Source: Enterobacteria phage GiZh. Taken from it: a stretch of 64,000 bases of DNA. Positions 58,126-64,000 of the stretch are shown piece by piece. The notes below the pieces were generated by a model. That model was not told the origin of the DNA and did no database searches. It saw only the letters and a list, made by a program, of their open reading frames with translations. Location: the sequence record NC_054903.1, one strand, 5' to 3'. Made by a program: the position numbers and the translations under genes. Each line of letters opens with the position of its first letter. The first letter of the stretch is position 1.

Positions 58126-58314
58126 TTTGGCACCCTTCCAGCCTTCGTACATCATTGCGGCTGATATTAATATTGCTCCTGAGCAACTTGAATATTTGTG
58201 ATTCCAAAACCAGTTTAGAAAAACTTCATCATCAATACCTTGGGCTATCATATTTTCAAAGAACTGACGACGAGATTCGGCAATTCGTTGTGATAATTTA
58301 GATTCAGGATTCAT
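58114..58314 (-). CDS. hypothetical protein (66 aa)
   Basis: ORF. Confidence 0.45.
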   Translation of the reverse strand: MNPESKLSQRIAESRRQFFENMIAQGIDDEVFLNWFWNHKYSSCSGAILISAAMMYEGWKGAKKFS

Positions 58315-58446
58315 TTAAATTTTCCAGTTACCATTTTCATCAATAAATTTAATCCAGTCATTTACTGACCACTTAGTTGTATCGCCTTTTGGAGTAACAT
58401 TTAAAGTATATAGCCCTTGCTTAAAAAGCATTCGTTTGATATTCAT
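58315..58446 (-). CDS. small hypothetical protein (43 aa)
   Basis: ATG with GAGGAAAA RBS; ORF-track 71-aa version overlaps upstream gene. Confidence 0.3.
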   Translation of the reverse strand: MNIKRMLFKQGLYTLNVTPKGDTTKWSVNDWIKFIDENGNWKI

Positions 58447-58453
58447 ATTTTCC

Positions 58454-58747
58454 TCAGCTGTAACGATAACACTCGTTTGATTTACGTTTAGCAACTCGTT
58501 GAGAAGTATTATAATCAAAATCATCGTCAATGTAAACTGATTTTTTCAACTTTCTTACTTCACCACGTAATTGGCGATTTAGCTCATCTTTAACTTCTGA
58601 ATCAATACCTTTCATTCTACGCCATTTATCTGAGCGAAAAATGTTTTCAACCATATCTTTATGACTTACCCCATCAGGAGCTTTACGCTTTCCGAAATAG
58701 TCATAATCACGAACTTTCAAGTCTTTACGACGATACGTTTTACCCAT
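58454..58747 (-). CDS. hypothetical basic protein (97 aa)
   Basis: ORF, Lys/Arg-rich. Confidence 0.45.
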   Translation of the reverse strand: MGKTYRRKDLKVRDYDYFGKRKAPDGVSHKDMVENIFRSDKWRRMKGIDSEVKDELNRQLRGEVRKLKKSVYIDDDFDYNTSQRVAKRKSNECYRYS

Positions 58748-58922
58748 GGAGTTTAATTTCCTTAGCAACTGAACTAAATACAGCACGATCACAAATCATG
58801 TGTTTATGTAACTTGAGTATAATATAGCAAACTTCAAAACTATTTACATGAGTAACACGAACAGCATTACCATTAATGAGATAATACTGTCCCTTTTTAA
58901 TTTCTTTATCAACCACAACCAT
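58740..58922 (-). CDS. hypothetical protein (60 aa)
   Basis: ORF downstream of promoter cassette at 58945..59005. Confidence 0.4.
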   Translation of the reverse strand: MVVVDKEIKKGQYYLINGNAVRVTHVNSFEVCYIILKLHKHMICDRAVFSSVAKEIKLHG

Positions 58923-58944
58923 ATCAATTCCTCAAAGGTAATTC

Positions 58945-59005
58945 ATGTGTTAATAATACCACAGTTTGAGCTCGTTGTAAACAACTTTGTGAAAATTATT
59001 TTAGG
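58945..59005 (-). promoter_or_regulatory. early promoter cassette (GTTTAC ... TGGTATTA)
   Basis: shares the UP/-35 block of the other cassettes. Confidence 0.4.
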
Positions 59006-59080
59006 GAATGATAAGAAGGGAACGATAGCTTAGAATGGTAATATACAGAATGTAAGAAAGAAAGGCCCAGAGGGCCCGTC

Positions 59081-59389
59081 TTAGTCTTCTATGATATCTC
59101 TATCATATCCAAGTGAAATGAGAGTTTCTTTGAAGTGTTTAATGTTCTTTTGTCTAGAATCATTAATGAAAATGACTGGATAACGAATGTTAAGAGATGT
59201 GAATCCAGCGCGTTTAGCAAGAGATACAATCAGCGGACGATCATACTCAATCTTACCATTATTTGTAAGAACTTTATAGAAAGTAAAAGGAGCATTGAGC
59301 TCCTTTAGAAGTTTTGTAACTGATTGACATCCAGGACAACGACCTACTTCATCTGGAATTCCATAAACTTCAATCTTATTTTGTTTCAC
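59081..59389 (-). CDS. nrdH: glutaredoxin-like protein NrdH
   Basis: 102 aa; CPGC redox motif; next to nrdG/nrdD. Confidence 0.7.
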   Translation of the reverse strand: MKQNKIEVYGIPDEVGRCPGCQSVTKLLKELNAPFTFYKVLTNNGKIEYDRPLIVSLAKRAGFTSLNIRYPVIFINDSRQKNIKHFKETLISLGYDRDIIED

Positions 59390-59391
59390 AA

Positions 59392-59604
59392 CTATTCCTT
59401 ACTAAGAGCAGCATTCAGCTTGTTAGTAATTTTATCCAGACGCTTATTGAACTCACTAGAAGATAAGCCCTTTTCTGGAGAAATTAAACTAATAACGAAA
59501 AATACAACAATAAAAGGAATAAGGAAAATAGCTCCAACTGCCATGAACAAAAAGAATGTTACAGTTGTAAGAAAATCAGCTAAACCTTTACGAAATTTAT
59601 ACAT
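59392..59604 (-). CDS. small membrane protein (70 aa)
   Basis: one TM segment. Confidence 0.5.
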   Translation of the reverse strand: MYKFRKGLADFLTTVTFFLFMAVGAIFLIPFIVVFFVISLISPEKGLSSSEFNKRLDKITNKLNAALSKE

Positions 59605-59719
59605 ATTTTACCCTTAATTGATTAACCAAGCATTGATAAGCACTAAACTATACTGTGAATAAAATTCTGGACCAAAATGAAAAATCATATCATTTATAGT
59701 ATCCATAATATAATTCAAT

Positions 59720-60190
59720 TTAATCATGTTTCCACACCCCATCGGTATTTGACCAAAGTCGCTGATTATCTGATCCTCGCCACAGCTTTTTGGTCGGAAG
59801 ATTTTTCTCATACTTCCCATCAATAATAACATCAACATATTTAAGCATTTCTAGTTGTTTAATATCTTCAAACTTATATCCTGTCCACAACCAAATGCTT
59901 TTACTGGGATAAAGATTTTTTACTGTTTGAACGATGCAATGAATAACATCTCGGTTATCAGGATAGAGAGGGTCTCCTCCAGTTATAGTTAATCCTTCTA
60001 TATAATCATTATTCAAACATTCAATTAATTGCTCTAGTGTTTCACCAGTGAATGGAATACCATTTCTAGCATTCCATGTTGATTTATTATAACACCCTTC
60101 ACATTTATGCAAACAACCTGTAACGAAAAGAACGACCCTGCAACCAGGGCCATTCACAAAATCACAGGGATAAAATCTATCGTAATTCAT
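59720..60190 (-). CDS. nrdG: anaerobic ribonucleotide reductase activase NrdG (radical SAM)
   Basis: 156 aa; CxxxCxxC cluster (GCLHKCEGCYN). Confidence 0.85.
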   Translation of the reverse strand: MNYDRFYPCDFVNGPGCRVVLFVTGCLHKCEGCYNKSTWNARNGIPFTGETLEQLIECLNNDYIEGLTITGGDPLYPDNRDVIHCIVQTVKNLYPSKSIWLWTGYKFEDIKQLEMLKYVDVIIDGKYEKNLPTKKLWRGSDNQRLWSNTDGVWKHD

Positions 60191-62004
60191 TGGTGTTTAA
60201 CCCTATGCATGATTTCTTTATTTTTACCGAGATTAAATCCGCGCTCGTTCGGATTTCCCAAATAACCACATGTTCTTCTTATGGTATTCATCTTTTTAGG
60301 ATCAGTTTCTCCACAAATAGAACAAACAAATCCGTTTTCAGTAGGAGTCATTTCATGGGTACTTCCACATGTAAAACATTTATCTACTGGCATATTAACA
60401 CCAAAATAATCTAAATGTTGTGCAGCATAATCCCATACGGCCTCAAGACCTTTTAAGTTATTTTTCATATCAGGAAGTTCAACATAAGAAATGTGACCAC
60501 CTGTCGCAATGAAATGATATGGCGCTTCACGAGAAATCTTTTCAAACGGAGTAATATTTTCTTCTACTGAAACATGGAAACTGTTAGTGTACCAGCCTTT
60601 ATCAGTAACATCTTTTACACTTCCATATTTTTCTGTATCAAGTTTACAGAAGCGATAACAAAGGTTTTCAGCAGGAGTCGAATATAAACTAAAAGCAAAT
60701 CCAGTTCTTTCAGTCCACTGTTTAAGATGAGCATTCATTTTAGTTAAAATTTCTCGTCCAATATCACGACCGACAAGAATATTCAATTCGTGAATACCAA
60801 TGTATCCTAAAGACACTGAACTTCTACCGTTTTTAAATAACTCAATTATGTCGTCATCAGGTTTAAGACGAACCCCGAATGCACCTTCTTGGTAAAGAAT
60901 AGGAGCAACAGTAGCTTTAACTCCTTTTAAGGAACTAATTCTACACATCAAAGCTTCAAAACACAGATCCATTCGTTCATTGAATAATTCAACAAATTTC
61001 TGTTCATTGAACTGTGTTCCAATATAAGAATCTAACGCGATGCGAGGAAGATTCAGTGTTACAACACCAAGATTATTACGTCCATCAAGAATTTCATTAC
61101 CAGTCGAATCTTTCCATACGCTCAAGAAACTACGGCAGCCCATTGGAGAAACCGGAACTGAAGAACCAGTAATAGCTTTATTATTCTTAGCTGAAATAAT
61201 ATCAGGATACATTCTTTTGCTTGCACATTCTAGAGCAAGCTGTTTAATATCATAGTTCGGATCGTCTTTATAAAGATTAACACCTTCTTCAACGAACATA
61301 ACAAGCTTAGGGAAAATAGGAGTTATCCCATCACGACCGAGACCTTTAATACGATTTTTCAGAATTGCTTTCTGAATCATTCGTTCAGTCCAGTCAGTTC
61401 CTGTACCAAATGTAATTGTTACAAAAGGTGTTTGTCCGTTTGAACTAAAGAGAGTATTTACTTCATATTCATAAGCTTGGAATGCATCGTATACGTCTTT
61501 TTCTGTTTTAGATTGAGCATAATTCAACGCATCAGCGATTTGCCATTTTTCTGCATCCTCAATATGTTTTGCATAGGTGCGTTTAACATAAGGAGAAAGT
61601 ACTTTATCTACATTCGCAAAAGTCGTTCCGCCATATTGATGGGAAGCAACTTGCGCAGTAATTTGTGCCATAATTGCAGTAGCAACGCCAATTGATTTAG
61701 GAGTTTCAATCTGTGCATTACCAAGCTTAAATCCGTTCTCAAGCATTCCTTTTAAATCTACTAAACAGCAATTAGTAAATGGAAGAGCAGGGGAATAATC
61801 AATATCATGGAAATGAATAATTCCGCTTTCATGCGCTTTCATAATAAAAGACGGGACCATATTTTTGGCAATGTGTTTAGACACAATACCAGCCATAAGG
61901 TCCCGTTGAGTTGGAAAAACACGAGAATCTTTATTAGCATTCTCGTTTAAAAGGTCTTTATTAGTTTTATGAATCAATCCTTCAATTTCTTTTTCAATTG
62001 TCAT
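60187..62004 (-). CDS. nrdD: anaerobic ribonucleotide reductase NrdD, uninterrupted
   Basis: 605 aa contiguous ORF; glycyl-radical C-terminus (RTCGYLG); C-terminal Zn site CFTCG...CSICG. Confidence 0.9.
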   Translation of the reverse strand: MTIEKEIEGLIHKTNKDLLNENANKDSRVFPTQRDLMAGIVSKHIAKNMVPSFIMKAHESGIIHFHDIDYSPALPFTNCCLVDLKGMLENGFKLGNAQIETPKSIGVATAIMAQITAQVASHQYGGTTFANVDKVLSPYVKRTYAKHIEDAEKWQIADALNYAQSKTEKDVYDAFQAYEYEVNTLFSSNGQTPFVTITFGTGTDWTERMIQKAILKNRIKGLGRDGITPIFPKLVMFVEEGVNLYKDDPNYDIKQLALECASKRMYPDIISAKNNKAITGSSVPVSPMGCRSFLSVWKDSTGNEILDGRNNLGVVTLNLPRIALDSYIGTQFNEQKFVELFNERMDLCFEALMCRISSLKGVKATVAPILYQEGAFGVRLKPDDDIIELFKNGRSSVSLGYIGIHELNILVGRDIGREILTKMNAHLKQWTERTGFAFSLYSTPAENLCYRFCKLDTEKYGSVKDVTDKGWYTNSFHVSVEENITPFEKISREAPYHFIATGGHISYVELPDMKNNLKGLEAVWDYAAQHLDYFGVNMPVDKCFTCGSTHEMTPTENGFVCSICGETDPKKMNTIRRTCGYLGNPNERGFNLGKNKEIMHRVKHQ

Positions 62005-62474
62005 TTTAAACTCTTTCTAAGCTGCTTCTTAAATGAAGCTATTAATTGTGTTTTAGTGTCAGATTCATTATATTCAAATCCTCTTTGAAGCATCTCAGCC
62101 ATCATTTCCTCTTTTCCTAAACGAGAAAATTCCTTTGATTTATCTCCAACGAAGTTAGGGTGAATATTATTTTGGGTGTAATCGGATTTTAAATAAGTAA
62201 GTAAATTTTCTAGCCATTCAAGATAATCAACGCCTTGTCCCTTTAAGCCAGAACGATTAAATTTATGCTTCATTTGACCTTCCGCAGCATTGCAGAGATT
62301 ACAGAGCAATCCACGTACCTTTCCTGCTTTTGGTCCATTTAATTCATGGTCATGGTCAAGGTGATTAGCTTGAACATCAGGATTTAGTTCTCGTTGGCAA
62401 ATTAAGCATTTACCGTTTTGTGCATTATAAAATTTTTGTTTTTCTTCTTTATATAATTTGCCAGTCAATAACAT
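62001..62474 (-). CDS. 49: endonuclease VII gp49 (Holliday junction resolvase)
   Basis: 157 aa; Zn-binding CLICQ...CNLCN and HLDHDH motif. Confidence 0.85.
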   Translation of the reverse strand: MLLTGKLYKEEKQKFYNAQNGKCLICQRELNPDVQANHLDHDHELNGPKAGKVRGLLCNLCNAAEGQMKHKFNRSGLKGQGVDYLEWLENLLTYLKSDYTQNNIHPNFVGDKSKEFSRLGKEEMMAEMLQRGFEYNESDTKTQLIASFKKQLRKSLK

Positions 62475-62523
62475 AATAAAACCCTTACCTTAAATAGATA
62501 AGGGTATTTATTATTTTCAAGTA

Positions 62524-62988
62524 TTAAAACGCTCGGTCAGAAAAAGAAATTTGAGTTTCAAGCCATTCAATATATTCTGCCGCGGCTTGCATTAAATTTC
62601 CTTCATAATCATCAATATCTTTTTTCAACGCCGATTTAGATAATGCATATGAAATTCGTTCACCCTGAAATCCAGCTTTAGGTTTATGAAGAACTTGATC
62701 AATTCGTTCTACAACTTCTTCAATTTCGCCATTTTCTGCGGATTCAGTATTCCACAAGCACCAATACGTAATTGGCTTATCATAGATGTTAATAATCTTT
62801 CCATCAGAAAGTTCAATTTCAATAATTCCAGTATCAGGTTCTATATCATCTTCGCATTCTTTTGCAAGTTCACGAACTTTAAAGACAGTACCTGCACTAA
62901 GTTCCGGCCAGTAATTACACAGCCCTTTATCAGCACGATTAATTCTAAACCACTTATCTACTGCAATCATGTCCCATCTCCATATCAA
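62524..62988 (-). CDS. hypothetical protein (154 aa)
   Basis: ORF between 49 and nrdC. Confidence 0.5.
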   Translation of the reverse strand: MIWRWDMIAVDKWFRINRADKGLCNYWPELSAGTVFKVRELAKECEDDIEPDTGIIEIELSDGKIINIYDKPITYWCLWNTESAENGEIEEVVERIDQVLHKPKAGFQGERISYALSKSALKKDIDDYEGNLMQAAAEYIEWLETQISFSDRAF

Positions 62989-63093
62989 TTAAGTCATTTA
63001 TTGTTGGTTCATTATATACTGTTTCTTCATCAGTGTAAACCGGTTCTTCCGGCTCTGGCTCTACAGTTTCCCATCTAGCCGCCCACCAAGGTT

Positions 63094-63414
63094 TTATAGC
63101 GTAATCCATTCTCGTACTGTCTGAGTTACTACACGTTCATGGGGCTCGACTAGTTCAACAGTCGGAACTGCATAATACCAGTCAGAATGATAAGAACCTG
63201 ACCGAGATTCATTTACAGCCACATGTACATTATGTTTTGGACTAAAGTAAACACACTGACGATATTGACATTTACCATCTTGCACCCAGTCTTCTATTTC
63301 GACAGGTTTAAGATAATCGGAAAAATCGAAATCATAGTTTTCCGAAAATGCATCATGGTCTTCAATGATTTCGCTCAGAACTGCATCAACATCTAATTTA
63401 TTTTCAATAGTCAT
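63094..63414 (-). CDS. hypothetical acidic protein (106 aa)
   Basis: ORF. Confidence 0.5.
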   Translation of the reverse strand: MTIENKLDVDAVLSEIIEDHDAFSENYDFDFSDYLKPVEIEDWVQDGKCQYRQCVYFSPKHNVHVAVNESRSGSYHSDWYYAVPTVELVEPHERVVTQTVREWITL

Positions 63415-63415
63415 T

Positions 63416-63595
63416 TTTCACCAATTAATTTCGCAATTTATTAAGTTCTTCATCATCAATCCAGGATTCTAGTCCTGATGGCAGGGCACATTCAATTTCC
63501 CAAAGAAGTTCTTCAATTTTCTGAAGACGTTCTAGTTCTTCGGCTGGAATAGCAACCATTGACGGAGCTCGTGATACATTAATATCGTAAATCAT
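63416..63595 (-). CDS. small hypothetical protein (59 aa)
   Basis: below ORF-track cut-off. Confidence 0.3.
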
Positions 63596-63597
63596 AT

Positions 63598-63813
63598 TTA
63601 CCCCAATTTAACCATACAATCGCCGTATTTCCACTTAGAAATAGACTTTTCACCATTAGAATAATAAACTTCGAGTTTAGCACGATTATTTTTAATTTGA
63701 ATAACCTTTGCTGTCATCAAAGTTCCATACCCATAATAAACTGCAACTTCATCACCTACATATACCGCGCTTCCACGATAATCATGGATATAATCAGTTC
63801 CTTCGAGCATCAT
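63598..63813 (-). CDS. hypothetical protein (71 aa)
   Basis: ORF. Confidence 0.5.
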   Translation of the reverse strand: MMLEGTDYIHDYRGSAVYVGDEVAVYYGYGTLMTAKVIQIKNNRAKLEVYYSNGEKSISKWKYGDCMVKLG

Positions 63814-64000
63814 TTAAAGTATTCTCGCAGTTGGTCAAATCCACCAATATGACTTCCATCAGGAGCAAATACCTGAGGCATTGTCAAGCCGATTTGAGTA
63901 TCACGACCTAGTTTAGTCAGAAGCTCAGCGATTTTCTCATCATCAAAAACACCTTTTTCCGGCATAATGTTGATAAATTCAAACGGCTGTTTCTTCACAG
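63810..64000 (-). CDS. nrdC: thioredoxin/glutaredoxin NrdC, 3' part (start lies beyond window end)
   Basis: C-terminal 62 aa recognised (..PQVFAPDGSHIGGFDQLREYFK); ORF continues to window edge. Confidence 0.8.
   Translation of the reverse strand, partial: VKKQPFEFINIMPEKGVFDDEKIAELLTKLGRDTQIGLTMPQVFAPDGSHIGGFDQLREYFK

Noticed and set aside
59614-59838. 74-aa ORF overlapping the nrdG 3' region
   Set aside because: Overlaps nrdG substantially in another frame.
60187-62004. Group I intron in nrdD
   Set aside because: ORF is contiguous at full length (605 aa), so no intron is present.
1-64000. tRNA, rRNA, integrase, transposase or prophage-boundary signals
   Set aside because: None recognised. 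Gene content and order are those of a virulent T4-like phage; the tRNA cluster of T4-like phages lies outside this part of the genome.

Overview
This window reads as a contiguous piece of a T4-like (T-even, Tequatrovirus-type) lytic phage genome, AT-rich and densely packed. It runs from the late long-tail-fibre module on the + strand (gp34 C-terminal part, gp35, gp36, gp37, gp38, holin t; 1..9271) into about 55 kb of early/middle genes that are all on the - strand except one small ORF. The - strand block follows T4 order: asiA, arn, motA, gene 52, ndd, denB, rIIB, rIIA, gene 39, cef, dexA, dda, modA/modB, soc, gene 56, primase 61, sp, dmd, helicase 41, uvsX, gene 42, imm, DNA polymerase 43, regA, 62/44/45, rpbA, 46/47, a-gt, gene 55, nrdH/G/D, gene 49 and the start of nrdC. 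All identifications rest on my recollection of T4 protein lengths, sequences and gene order; no database search was possible. I did not find a convincing multi-gene novel system. What stands out against the T4 reference is listed as findings: a non-T4 GT-A-type glycosyltransferase at the beta-gt locus, two GIY-YIG Seg-like homing endonuclease genes at sites T4 does not use, a lone + strand membrane ORF between genes 56 and 61, two tandem paralog arrays, a repeated-domain gene pair flanked by ~50-bp direct repeats, and several small envelope-targeted proteins. No tRNA, rRNA or CRISPR array was recognised. Many ORF-track entries lying antisense inside large genes are treated as spurious.
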